From NCBI RefSeq assembly GCF_000172995.2, contig NC_014729.1, positions 2,340,001-2,372,000 on the forward strand: 32,000 nucleotides of DNA, read 5' to 3'. The number at the start of each line of letters is the position of its first letter. Position 1 is the first letter of the stretch. Below, piece after piece: positions 17,980 to 26,977 of this stretch. The translations under genes were made by a program, and so were the position numbers. This stretch comes from Halogeometricum borinquense DSM 11551. GTDB lineage: Archaea > Halobacteriota > Halobacteria > Halobacteriales > Haloferacaceae. The notes under the pieces were generated by a model, which did not search any database, had not been told where the DNA came from, and saw only the letters and a program-made list of their open reading frames with translations.

Positions 17980-20900
17980 TTACTCCCGCGGACACCGCCC
18001 CGTCGGCGTATCACATCGTGGCCCCGGTGCCGAACCGGACCACGCCTCGGATGTCTCGAAGGCGTCGCCGTCGATGTCTCCGACGCCGTTACCGCCGGGT
18101 GGAACCGCGGCGACGACGACGGTCCGTAGCTCGAAGCCGATGCGTTCGTTCGATCCGATGGCCTCTCGACTTCCGTCACCGTCAACGTCCAAACGAACGA
18201 CGGACCCATCGCGGACGTACGTCGTCGGCACCGCACCGTCACCCGCCGAAACGGTAAAGCGAGCGTACGCACCGTGTGCTTCGACTACCCAGAGATTCGT
18301 CGTCGCGACCCACGGACTCATCGTCGGCGAGAGCGGAAGCCCCGCCGGAACCGCACCGAGCGTCCCGTTCAGCGCGTGACTCGTCAGGCGGTCCGCACCG
18401 CGGGAGGCCGCTTCCCGGCCGAGTTCTCGCACGAGCGTCCGCGTCCGAGTCGCGGTTCCGTTCACGGCCGCCTCCGAAACGCGAACCCGCGATGCTGTGG
18501 TCGTCTCGCGCAACTCGACACGGAGCGCAGTCGCCACGCGGTCCTGAGCCATCTCTCCGTCCAGATCCGCTTCCGTCGCTATCGCGGTCGCCAGTGAGTC
18601 GTTCGACGCGGCGACAGCACGTTGGCCGACGCCGTCCCAGTGGGCGAGTCCGGCGGCAACAGCATCTTCGCTCTCTGCGTGCGTCAGGTCCGTCTCGCGT
18701 TCGACCGTCGATGCGGCCGTCTCACGGACGGGAGCGAGCGAGTGCTTGACCTCCTTTCGGAGTTCGTTGCTTCGGCGGCGGAGCGTCGAATCGGATTGGA
18801 CGGCGAGCGTCCGGTCCGCGGCGACGAGTGCGCGCCCGGCAGTTCTGAGCGACACCTCACCGCCGGGACCGAAGATGTCACCGACGACAGCGTCAGCGAG
18901 GTCCCCGTACGGAAGCGTGAACAGGTTGGTGTTGCGCGCGGCGAGTGGGGTGTATGTGGCGTCGTCTGCGACACCATCGATGGCTCGTCCATCGACGCCC
19001 GACAGCGAGAGATACGCCGGGTCGCCGTCGGGGACGAACGCCGCTGAACTGTTCGACAATTCGCGGGTATCGGCGGTCGTCCGACTCGACAGACGGTCCC
19101 GCGTCGCCGTTGCGTTCACACCGCGCGAAGCGAGTGCGTCCTGAAGTCGGTCGTTCCGACCGGCGGCCTCGGCGGCCCGTTCGTCCAGTCGTGCGAGGAC
19201 CGTATCGAGATATGCCGCGCGTGCGGCGACACGAACCCGGTCTGCGACACCGTCGTACGTCGCCGGGGCATCGACCAGTTCCGCTCGCCGGTCGCGGAGC
19301 GCCGCCGCCAGTGTAGCTGCGGTGTTGGCGTGACCGGTGGCGGTTTCCTGTGCCGCGACGTCCACCGAGACGTTTCTGACCCGCTCACGGAGCGCTGCCA
19401 CGTCGGCGTACACCCACGCGCGAAGCGCAGACGGGCGGTCGGTTTCGGCGCGTGCGGGATCGTAATCCGCGCTACCCGTTACTGCTTGACGAGCGACGGT
19501 GTTCGCACCACCCCGAGCGGCGAGTTCGTCGCGCGCGAGACGGGCGACGGATTCGAGATTCGGTCCCGAAAGCGCCCCACCGCGTTCGAACAGCGGTTCT
19601 ACGGCGCGGTCCGGTCCCGGCAGCGACCGAAGCGACCCGACGACGGCGACGCGGACGCGGTACCGGTCGGTCCACTGCGCCGTCGTCGTTCGACTCGAGT
19701 GATTCGCCGCGCGCCACGTCCGAGTAACGGTGTGCCGGACGACGACTTGCCGCGTCGTCGTCTTGAACGCGCGTGCGCCGACGCCGACAGACGGCGGTGC
19801 TGCTGTCCCGCGATCAACTACGGAGACATCACTATCTACGTCTTCGGCGGCGAGCGACCACGACACGTCGGACGAATCAGGTGCCTCGGGCGCGGGACGG
19901 TGTCCCTCGTTTTCGTCGAGGACGTCGCTGACGACTGTCACGCTCGGCGTGTATCCGGTGCGAATGACCGAGTCAAGAGCCGTGTCGGAGGAATCATCGG
20001 TCCCGCGAAGGAACGCGAGAAACGCGTCATCTGCAGTTTCGTTGACGCCGACAGTGAGAGTTCCCGTCGGCATCGTAGTCGGTGTCGGTCGGGGGTTCGG
20101 ACTCGGTGTCGCAGAGACGAGTTTCTCGGTCGTCGATCCGCCAGCGACCGGGGACAGGAGGTCGGTAAGGCCGGTTCGGAGCGTCGCCGCACGAACACCT
20201 CGCTTGGCGTCGGGATCAACGCGGCCGAACGATGCACGCTGGGCGGCGAGGACGCCCGCGTTGGTCGAGAGTTCAACGTGGCGGTTGCCGAGGACGTTCT
20301 CGATTGGCGCACCCGCGTACTGACCGAGGGCGCGTGCCTGCGTGATAGCAAGGAGTCCTGCCGTCGTGCGACGCGCCAGACCGGGCGCATACACGGGCGA
20401 TTCGTTCAGTCGTCGCTGGTAATCGGTCGTCCGCGCGTGGAGTGCGAGGACGGGAACTGCGACGGTCACGCGGCGTGTCACTGTCCGGGTGGCGACCACG
20501 CGGTCCTCGTGAGTAGCGACGAGCGAGACGTTACTAACGGCGACTGTGAGAGCGCGACCCTCGTTCTCACTCGATACGGAGACGTTCCGAACCGCCGCAT
20601 CAAGACCGGCAGAGAGCGGTGGCAAGGTGGCTCTCGCTGTCGTCATCCCGCGACGATGTTCGACTCCCGAAAGCGCGTCACGGGCAGCGAGTGCGATCCG
20701 GAGCCGTAGATAGTTATGGAACGTTTCGTTCGGGCCGAGCGTTCGACCGACCGCGGAGTTCGCGGGTGTCGTCACGGGATCCCTCGCCGCCGCGCATGCC
20801 GCTTCGCGGACAGCGACCCGGAGCGCGGCAGTCGTCTCGGCGTCCACACGTTCCATGGCAACGTCTGTCGAACGGTCCACGACGCCCGTATCGGGCGACG

Positions 20901-20994
20901 CGAGCGACGCGGCAAACGTCGAACTGCCGACGAGAAGCAGAACGCCGACGAGCGCGAACGGAACGCGTCCGCGGTTGTCGTCTGCGAGGCGCAT
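17980..20994 (-). CDS. 1004-aa N-terminally anchored protein, last gene of the Tad/T4P-like locus (function unknown)
   Basis: The N-terminus is MRLADDNRGRVPFALVGVLLLVGSSTFAASLA (basic residues followed by a hydrophobic helix). The protein has many NxS/T sequons and a P/T-rich linker (SATPSPNPRPTPTTMPTGT). The C-terminus carries CDTPTGRC. The ATG overlaps the upstream stop (TGATG at 20992-20996). Confidence 0.75.
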   Translation of the reverse strand: MRLADDNRGRVPFALVGVLLLVGSSTFAASLASPDTGVVDRSTDVAMERVDAETTAALRVAVREAACAAARDPVTTPANSAVGRTLGPNETFHNYLRLRIALAARDALSGVEHRRGMTTARATLPPLSAGLDAAVRNVSVSSENEGRALTVAVSNVSLVATHEDRVVATRTVTRRVTVAVPVLALHARTTDYQRRLNESPVYAPGLARRTTAGLLAITQARALGQYAGAPIENVLGNRHVELSTNAGVLAAQRASFGRVDPDAKRGVRAATLRTGLTDLLSPVAGGSTTEKLVSATPSPNPRPTPTTMPTGTLTVGVNETADDAFLAFLRGTDDSSDTALDSVIRTGYTPSVTVVSDVLDENEGHRPAPEAPDSSDVSWSLAAEDVDSDVSVVDRGTAAPPSVGVGARAFKTTTRQVVVRHTVTRTWRAANHSSRTTTAQWTDRYRVRVAVVGSLRSLPGPDRAVEPLFERGGALSGPNLESVARLARDELAARGGANTVARQAVTGSADYDPARAETDRPSALRAWVYADVAALRERVRNVSVDVAAQETATGHANTAATLAAALRDRRAELVDAPATYDGVADRVRVAARAAYLDTVLARLDERAAEAAGRNDRLQDALASRGVNATATRDRLSSRTTADTRELSNSSAAFVPDGDPAYLSLSGVDGRAIDGVADDATYTPLAARNTNLFTLPYGDLADAVVGDIFGPGGEVSLRTAGRALVAADRTLAVQSDSTLRRRSNELRKEVKHSLAPVRETAASTVERETDLTHAESEDAVAAGLAHWDGVGQRAVAASNDSLATAIATEADLDGEMAQDRVATALRVELRETTTASRVRVSEAAVNGTATRTRTLVRELGREAASRGADRLTSHALNGTLGAVPAGLPLSPTMSPWVATTNLWVVEAHGAYARFTVSAGDGAVPTTYVRDGSVVRLDVDGDGSREAIGSNERIGFELRTVVVAAVPPGGNGVGDIDGDAFETSEAWSGSAPGPRCDTPTGRCPRE

Positions 20995-21872
20995 CAGCGA
21001 CCACCCTCCGATTCATCGCCCCACGTCCGGACAACGATTCTGACCTCACTCACGGAGACGGCGGCCGCAGCATCCGCGGGCGAGTCGTAGCGCGCCCGCA
21101 GATCAGACTCGACTCGCGGCGCGAGGGCGTCCGCAAGGCGCTGGTTCGCTACATCGGTGTCGGCATCGGCTATCGGGTCTTCGACGGAGACGTTCAGTGC
21201 TGCGGCGAGACGTGCGTAGCGGTACCGAACGAGCGTCGAAACGGGCGGGTCCCCGCGGAGAGCGAGGCGCGTTCGACTCGCTGGCGCAACCGTTTCGATA
21301 GTTTGCGCCGCGACGGCGTTCGAGAGCGACTCGAAGTCATCCGTCTCGTTTGCCGGAAGCGACTGCGTTCGCGTGGGAATCGTCAGCGTCGCCGCGTCCG
21401 TCGCGGCCGACTGCGGCGGAGACGCACCGACGGCGACGTGTCCTTCGACCGGTGCATCGGGGTAGGGCCGCCACGCGGCGTCGATTCTGAGACCGGTCGG
21501 CACAAGTCTGGCCGTGATGGCCTCCCGAACTGACGACCGGAAGTCGTCGCGTGCGTGTGTCACCGGCGTGCCGTCGAAACCGGCGGTGCCGACGGTAACG
21601 CGGGCGAGCAGCCCCGCAAGTGACCCGTGTGTCGTTCGCTCGAACTCCGGACCCGACGTTCGCCGGAAGTCGGCACCGCTCTCGTTCGCCCGCCGCGCAC
21701 CCGGCGAGAGCGAGTAGTTCACTGTCGCCGTACTGGTAGCAAGCACGTTCGCAACGGCATCTGAACGGCCGTCGTCGAGGGTCGGCTGCGACCCTGCATC
21801 GGCGGTGGTAAGACCGACGACGGCCGCCCCAAGGAGCAACAGGAACACCGCGGCGTCGAGGGTGGCGTTCAC
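20994..21872 (-). CDS. N-terminally hydrophobic protein of the Tad/T4P-like locus (function unknown)
   Basis: The GTG start at 21870-21872 overlaps the upstream stop (GTGA), with an alternative GTG at 21878. The N-terminus is MNATLDAAVFLLLLGAAVVGL. The track ORF extension upstream is R/S/P-rich and overlaps the preceding gene. Confidence 0.65.
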   Translation of the reverse strand: MNATLDAAVFLLLLGAAVVGLTTADAGSQPTLDDGRSDAVANVLATSTATVNYSLSPGARRANESGADFRRTSGPEFERTTHGSLAGLLARVTVGTAGFDGTPVTHARDDFRSSVREAITARLVPTGLRIDAAWRPYPDAPVEGHVAVGASPPQSAATDAATLTIPTRTQSLPANETDDFESLSNAVAAQTIETVAPASRTRLALRGDPPVSTLVRYRYARLAAALNVSVEDPIADADTDVANQRLADALAPRVESDLRARYDSPADAAAAVSVSEVRIVVRTWGDESEGGR

Positions 21873-22300
21873 GACCACACCACCACCGTCAGACGGCCGG
21901 GTTCGACCTGTCCGGGTGAGAGACGAACGCTCACGAGGCGACTCGCGCGGTCGGTCGCCTCCTGCGGGACGGCTGGACCGACGGTCCACACGTCGTCCGA
22001 GGCGGTGAGCGTAACGTTGAGACGGCGGCCATCCGGCCCGCGAGTCATTGCGTCGGGAAGTCGCTCGGCGTCTACCACGCCACCGTCGTCAATAACGTCG
22101 TGAACGCGGTCAAGCGTTGGATCAGCGACGGCTCGATCCTCAAGGAGTGGAATCGAACCACCGAGGACGGTCACATAGAGGCTCAGTCCTGCGCAGACGG
22201 CAAACAGCGCGGCCAATGCGGCGACGGGTGACGTTTGGGCGCGTGCCCGTCTCCGCTCGCCCGTCCGAGTAGCGCCGTCACGCGTCCACGAGGACAACAT
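21869..22300 (-). CDS. pilin-like protein (class III signal-peptide-like N-terminus) of the Tad/T4P-like locus
   Basis: ATG start at 22298-22300. The N-terminus ...GERRRARAQ/TSPVAALAALFAVCAGLSLYVTVLG resembles an archaeal prepilin motif: basic residues, a small residue plus Q, then a hydrophobic helix. It overlaps the upstream gene by 23 nt. Confidence 0.6.
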   Translation of the reverse strand: MLSSWTRDGATRTGERRRARAQTSPVAALAALFAVCAGLSLYVTVLGGSIPLLEDRAVADPTLDRVHDVIDDGGVVDAERLPDAMTRGPDGRRLNVTLTASDDVWTVGPAVPQEATDRASRLVSVRLSPGQVEPGRLTVVVWS

Positions 22301-22757
22301 CGACTCCCTCCCAAGTCGTTTTGCGGACGAGAAGCGTGCGGTCCACCTCGCGCCACGTTGCGTTGCTTGTGCGGGTGCGCGAATCGATAACGGCCTGTTG
22401 GAACGCCGCCGGCGAGTCGAAGACGGCCGATGGGTGCGCACCGTGAATCACGTCACGAAGCGGCGAGTCACCCGCCGGAACGGGTGTGACCGGAGCGAAC
22501 GCGAACGTCGCGTGCGCCGTCCCGGCGTCGTTTCGGAGTGCGAGACGGCGCGTTTCGAGTTTGACCGCCGTCGCGTCCAGCGGATGTTCGGCCGTCGATG
22601 CGTACTCGGTCGCCGCCACACGGTCTACCGTCTCAGCCGCCGCAGTAGCGTTCGGCGGTGGGGCTGTTGGGAGTCCAGACGCCGCGCCGACGAGGGCGAC
22701 GCCCGCAAGCGAGAGCCCCAGCCACGCGTACCACGAATCGAGGGGAACGTCGAGCAT
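22278..22757 (-). CDS. N-terminally hydrophobic protein, first gene of the four-gene accessory module (function unknown)
   Basis: 159 aa with N-terminus MLDVPLDSWYAWLGLSLAGVALVGAASGL and an NAT sequon. It is preceded by its own TATA core (22777-22789), 22 nt from the ATG. Confidence 0.65.
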   Translation of the reverse strand: MLDVPLDSWYAWLGLSLAGVALVGAASGLPTAPPPNATAAAETVDRVAATEYASTAEHPLDATAVKLETRRLALRNDAGTAHATFAFAPVTPVPAGDSPLRDVIHGAHPSAVFDSPAAFQQAVIDSRTRTSNATWREVDRTLLVRKTTWEGVDVVLVDA

Positions 22758-22776
22758 GAGCCGTCTGGCCGCGCTC

Positions 22777-22789
22777 CCGTATATAAACC
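22777..22789 (-). promoter_or_regulatory. promoter core GGTTTATATACGG (TATA box) upstream of the four-gene accessory module
   Basis: The 13-mer and its 22-nt spacing to ATG 22757 are identical to those upstream of the ATPase gene. The flanking bases are also similar (CGCG.C.CCGTATATAAACC on the plus strand). Confidence 0.6.
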
Positions 22790-22805
22790 CTCGCAGGGGT
22801 GCAGT

Positions 22806-24533
22806 TCAGAACACGAGTGCCGCACCACGGAACGCAGCGAGATACGCGGCCGTCGCTGAAAGGAGCGCGAGACCGACGCGGTAGCCGACGAGCGTTCGGT
22901 CGAGTCCTCGGTCGAGACCGGTCGCGAGGGTAGTCAACACAACCGCGAGAACGAGAACGTACGCACCGACGGCCGTGCCGAGGAGTTCGGGTCCGAGCGC
23001 CTGCGCCCCGTCTTCGACGAGTGCCGTGTCCGCGGCACCCATCCGCGCCGCCATTGCCACCGTGGCACCACCGACTAACGGCGCGAACAGGGCGGCAGTG
23101 TTCGAGAGCGTTCCCGTCACCGACGCCAGTTCGCGCCGGGCCTCACTCTCGACGCGGCGAAGTTCGCTGAGATGGTCGGCGGTGGCGACGACAGCGTGGC
23201 CTGCCGGTCGGCCTTCCGTCGCGGCCACGGAGAGCAGTGCAGCGGCCGCCCTCGTCCGCGGACTGGGAACGTCGGCGAGGACACCATAGCGCCCGAGAAA
23301 CGCCTCGCGGACGCTGACGCGGAGGCGGCGACGGACGCCCGCGGCGTCGGCGAACACCGCTCCTGCCGGGGTCGAAACGGCGTCCGCGGCGGATTCGAGT
23401 GCGACCTCGACAGAGTCACCAGCACTGACACGCCGACCAACCAGCGAGAGTACGTCGTCCAGACCCGATTCAACCTCGCGGACGCGTTCTCTGACCCGTG
23501 CCATCGGGTAGTAGCGTCCGACCAAGCCCGCTCCGACGCCTGTGCCGGCGGCGGTGAGCGCGTCGGCCCACGGGGCGACGGCTGAACCGACGAACCAGCC
23601 GACGATACCGCAGAGAACGCCTGCCCCGACCGCGGGGAGAGCGGACGACGGGACATCCGGATGGCTCGAATCGACGCGCGGCGGGGCGAGTGCGACCGGC
23701 CGCCGGAGCAATATCCACGCGCTCGCGGCGACGAGACCGAGCGGCAGAAGTAGATCATAGACGGCTACGAACGCCGCAGTCGGGACGGCGACACCGCCCG
23801 CACGGGCCGCCGGGAGGACGCCAACGAGCGCGAGTGGGAGGAGAACACCGAAGGCGTAGACGCCGGTTGTCGGGCCGCGAACGTCCGCCGCGAACGACGC
23901 GAGTTCGTCGCGCGTCCCGTCGAGGACAGCGTCGAGCGCGCGTTCTAACCCTCGCTCGCGTTCGTCCGGCTGTGCGTCGGCGCTGGCGAGAAGAAGCGAG
24001 ATAGCACGCTCCAACGCGGGGAAGTGGTCGCGCCACTCGCGTGCGAACGATTCGAATCCGGAGTTCGGCGTACCGCGGGCGCGACGGACGTGTTCTGCGA
24101 GACTGTCAGCCAGCGGTCCGTCGGCCGTGTGCGCGGCGAACGACGCGGCACGTTCGGGCGTTGGTCCGAGTTGCATCCGGAGCGTCGCGCGGCCGACAAG
24201 CGCAGGCGTCTCGCCCAGTGCGCGCGTCCGGCGGAGTCGGGCTGCGACGACCGGGAGTCGGTGAACCGCATGCGTTCCGACGAGTCCGATAGCGAGGGAC
24301 GCACACAGGCGAACAACGATCGGTGAGCGCGGTGCGAGTAGTGAAACGAACGCGAACGAGACGAGTGTGAGCGGGAGGCTCAACACGTACCCCGCTCGAA
24401 CGACCATTTCGGCGTCTGTGTCGCTGCCGAGATACGACAGCGCGGACCGGACATCCTCACCCGGTTCGACCGACCACGGATACACCTGCGCGAGCGACTC
24501 AACGAGATGGGAGCAATTCGACGGAGCAGTCAT
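22806..24533 (-). CDS. type II secretion system F-family membrane protein (TadB/TadC-, PilC-, FlaJ-like; two-domain)
   Basis: 575 aa with two blocks, each a cytoplasmic helical region followed by TM helices. The ATG overlaps the ATPase stop (ATGA at 24530-24533). This is the typical partner of a secretion ATPase. Confidence 0.8.
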   Translation of the reverse strand: MTAPSNCSHLVESLAQVYPWSVEPGEDVRSALSYLGSDTDAEMVVRAGYVLSLPLTLVSFAFVSLLAPRSPIVVRLCASLAIGLVGTHAVHRLPVVAARLRRTRALGETPALVGRATLRMQLGPTPERAASFAAHTADGPLADSLAEHVRRARGTPNSGFESFAREWRDHFPALERAISLLLASADAQPDERERGLERALDAVLDGTRDELASFAADVRGPTTGVYAFGVLLPLALVGVLPAARAGGVAVPTAAFVAVYDLLLPLGLVAASAWILLRRPVALAPPRVDSSHPDVPSSALPAVGAGVLCGIVGWFVGSAVAPWADALTAAGTGVGAGLVGRYYPMARVRERVREVESGLDDVLSLVGRRVSAGDSVEVALESAADAVSTPAGAVFADAAGVRRRLRVSVREAFLGRYGVLADVPSPRTRAAAALLSVAATEGRPAGHAVVATADHLSELRRVESEARRELASVTGTLSNTAALFAPLVGGATVAMAARMGAADTALVEDGAQALGPELLGTAVGAYVLVLAVVLTTLATGLDRGLDRTLVGYRVGLALLSATAAYLAAFRGAALVF

Positions 24534-26473
24534 CGGCGGACCTCGCGCACATCGGCCGCGGCGTTCGGAAGGTCATCGGGTCGCGTCTGGTCTGTTTCGG
24601 CGAGGTGCGAGAGCGTCGCTGTCCGGCGGTCGAGTGCGTCGAGTACGTCGGCGTACGATTCGTCGTGCCGGGCGAGCGCGGCGACCAACGAACTATCACC
24701 ACGCGTGACGACTCCAGTCTCTTGAATACCGTTGCCGTCGCGGCCGTAGAGCGTCTCGAAATGAACGCCCTCGTCGGTCTGTCGAACCTCGGCGACCGTC
24801 TCGACTCGCCTGTCGGAACCGTCACGAGTGCAGGTGACAACGAGGTCTGTCGCCGCGAACGACGATTCGGGGACGCCGAGGTCCGAGACGACCCGTTCGC
24901 GGACGGCTGCGGGCGAGTCGCCGTGAATCGTCCCGAGAACAGCGTGGCCGTGTGCGCCGACTCGCATCGCTTCGTAGAGGGCGCTGGCCTCGTCACCCCG
25001 AACCTCGCCAACGACGAGAGCGCCGTCTCCGAGCCGGAGCGCGGTACGGACGGCATCTGTCGGCGAAAAGGAACCGTCCTCACCGAGGTCGGTGTGGAGG
25101 GGTTGCACGTCGCGCCCGCCGTCTCTGAGCGCCGCGACCGGGAGTTCCGGGGTGTCTTCGACGGTGACGAGACGCGTCGCCGCCGGGAGTTCCCAGAGAA
25201 GAGAGCCAAGAAGCGTCGTCTTGCCCGCACCGCGCGTTCCCGCGACGAGGCCCGTCGCACCGCGTTCGACAGCAAACGAGAGAAACGCCGCCGTCTCGGC
25301 CGAGAGGGTCCCCGAAGCAACGAGACCGGGGAGCGTCCACGCTCGACCGTCGTGTGCGCGGAAGGCGAATCCGATGCCGTCGCTCGCAGGGGCGGTGACG
25401 CCAGCGACGCGGACGCGTGACCCGTTGGGCGCGTCGATCGCGGCGTCCAGTGCGGGCGACGCGCGGGAGAACCCGCGTCCGCTGGCGTGTCGGAACCGAG
25501 ACGCGAGCGCCGCGGCCCCATCCGGCGTGAGACGGACGTTCGTCCGGATACGCTCACCGTCGATCGCAACGCGTACCGGATTTGACGCAACCGGAGCCGA
25601 CGCAACCACGTCGGTCACTCGTGGATCAGCAAACAGGTCGTCGAGAACGCCGTTCCCGCGCGTGTGACGGTTGAGTACGTCCGTTAACGTCTCCACTGGG
25701 TCGTCGTCGTCCGCGACGTGCCGCACGGCTCGGCCGGCAGCACGCTCTCCGCCCTGCACGATTCCGCGCGCGAGACACTCGTGTGCCGCCGCCAGCGTCG
25801 CCGTCGCGTCTGCGTCGAGTTCGTGCGCAACGGGCGTGAGATGATACAGTCGGCCGTCGCCGGTCCGGTACAGACGAACCGTCGCGCCGGTATCAAGTTC
25901 TCGCCGGTCGAGGAGAGCGGCATCCGACGGAAGTCGCCGAGCGACACGGGAACGGGCGACTGACGGTCCCACGTAACTCCACAGGAGACTCTCGTAATCG
26001 TCTGCACGTTCGACACCCGCGGCAAGGCCTGTCTCGGCCGCGAGAGTCGCCACCGGTCCCGCCCGACCGGTTGCTCGCCGGACCGCATCTATCGGGTCTC
26101 GGGTGGCGCGTTCTGCGAGCGATTCGTCGTGGAATCCGACGCGTTCGGCGAACCGACCTGCCGCGAGCAAAACACCCGCAGCATCGTCGTCGTAGGTGCG
26201 TTCGAGACCGTCAGCACGGACGCGAACCACGTCCGCGTCTCGGTCCGCGAGTGCGCCAATGACGGTGGCACGGCACGCGGGAACGCCGGCGAGGTCACCG
26301 CCACCGGGACAGTCGGTCGCATCGACGACGAGCTCCGTCCGGTCTGTCGTCCGGCCGGTCGGCGTCTCGAACGAGTGTTGGCACCGGCAGGCGGATTCAT
26401 CGTCATCGGTGTCGGTATCGAGCGAGAGCGCCGAACCGACAGCGGCGATGCAGGCGGTGAAGTCGAGAGGCAT
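24530..26473 (-). CDS. type II/IV secretion system ATPase (TadA/CpaF-VirB11-PilB superfamily) with about 250-aa N-terminal extension
   Basis: Motifs present: Walker A GTRGAGKTTLL, Asp box VTVEDTPEL, Walker B ALVVGEVRGDEA and His box HAVLGTIHG. I place the start at ATG 26471-26473 (MPLDFTAC...), 22 nt downstream of a TATA core. The upstream part of the track ORF overlaps the preceding gene. Confidence 0.9.
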   Translation of the reverse strand: MPLDFTACIAAVGSALSLDTDTDDDESACRCQHSFETPTGRTTDRTELVVDATDCPGGGDLAGVPACRATVIGALADRDADVVRVRADGLERTYDDDAAGVLLAAGRFAERVGFHDESLAERATRDPIDAVRRATGRAGPVATLAAETGLAAGVERADDYESLLWSYVGPSVARSRVARRLPSDAALLDRRELDTGATVRLYRTGDGRLYHLTPVAHELDADATATLAAAHECLARGIVQGGERAAGRAVRHVADDDDPVETLTDVLNRHTRGNGVLDDLFADPRVTDVVASAPVASNPVRVAIDGERIRTNVRLTPDGAAALASRFRHASGRGFSRASPALDAAIDAPNGSRVRVAGVTAPASDGIGFAFRAHDGRAWTLPGLVASGTLSAETAAFLSFAVERGATGLVAGTRGAGKTTLLGSLLWELPAATRLVTVEDTPELPVAALRDGGRDVQPLHTDLGEDGSFSPTDAVRTALRLGDGALVVGEVRGDEASALYEAMRVGAHGHAVLGTIHGDSPAAVRERVVSDLGVPESSFAATDLVVTCTRDGSDRRVETVAEVRQTDEGVHFETLYGRDGNGIQETGVVTRGDSSLVAALARHDESYADVLDALDRRTATLSHLAETDQTRPDDLPNAAADVREVRR

Positions 26474-26492
26474 GGGGTCGATGGTCGCGTCT

Positions 26493-26505
26493 CCGTATAT
26501 AAACC
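26493..26505 (-). promoter_or_regulatory. promoter core GGTTTATATACGG (TATA box) upstream of the secretion ATPase
   Basis: On the minus strand, TTTATATA lies exactly 22 nt upstream of ATG 26473, directly after the stop of the preceding gene. The same 13-mer occurs at 22777-22789. Confidence 0.6.
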
Positions 26506-26976
26506 TCAGCCAGAGTAGGCACGCGAGGCGACCAGTACAGGACCATCCGCTGTCCGCCGAAGCGCGACCGAGATCGGTCGGTCGCCGTATCCGCGGAGGA
26601 CGATAGGACCGTTCGGTGTCCGGAGTGCGACCGGGAGCGAGAGCCGACGCGTTATTTCCGTGCCACCGGCCACCGCGTAGGTCACGACCGACCGGTTTCC
26701 CTGTCCGCCGGGTTGCCCACCGACAGCGACGTAATCGATACCTGCGCTCGTCCACGTCGGCGACGGGAGCGAGAACGTCACGGTTCGCGTCGGCGCGACA
26801 GCGGCGTCACTCGTCGCATCCGAACCGTACGCGAGCGCCGACCCGGCCGCCGAGAGTCGTTCGACGGAAGTGTCCACTCTCGTCGCCGTTCGGTCGGCCC
26901 GGGCGTCTTCGACCGCCGGAAGCGACGCACCGAGGACCGCGACAGCGAGGACCGCCGCGAGAACGACGCGAATCAC
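26506..26976 (-). CDS. single-pass membrane/secreted protein of the Tad/T4P-like locus (function unknown)
   Basis: The GTG at 26974-26976 lies 1 nt after the stop of the upstream coiled-coil gene. The N-terminus is MIRVVLAAVLAVAVLGASLPAV, followed by a soluble domain that looks beta-rich. Confidence 0.6.
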   Translation of the reverse strand: MIRVVLAAVLAVAVLGASLPAVEDARADRTATRVDTSVERLSAAGSALAYGSDATSDAAVAPTRTVTFSLPSPTWTSAGIDYVAVGGQPGGQGNRSVVTYAVAGGTEITRRLSLPVALRTPNGPIVLRGYGDRPISVALRRTADGPVLVASRAYSG

Positions 26977-26977
26977 G

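Noticed and set aside
19330-20709. A 459-aa plus-strand ORF, representative of many long antisense or alternate-frame ORFs. Others include 66-596, 4762-5697, 10336-11091, 11649-12515, 17115-17867, 20619-21533, 24499-25605, 24605-25420 and 30193-30927.
   Set aside because: Their translations are R/P/S/G-rich and of low complexity, which is typical of non-coding frames in high-GC DNA. Each lies fully inside a gene whose own frame carries recognisable motifs or haloarchaeal acidic composition.
17980-20994. A C-terminal sorting signal (PGF-CTERM/archaeosortase or TM anchor) on the 1004-aa protein.
   Set aside because: The C-terminus (…SGSAPGPRCDTPTGRCPRE) has no PGF motif and no terminal hydrophobic helix.
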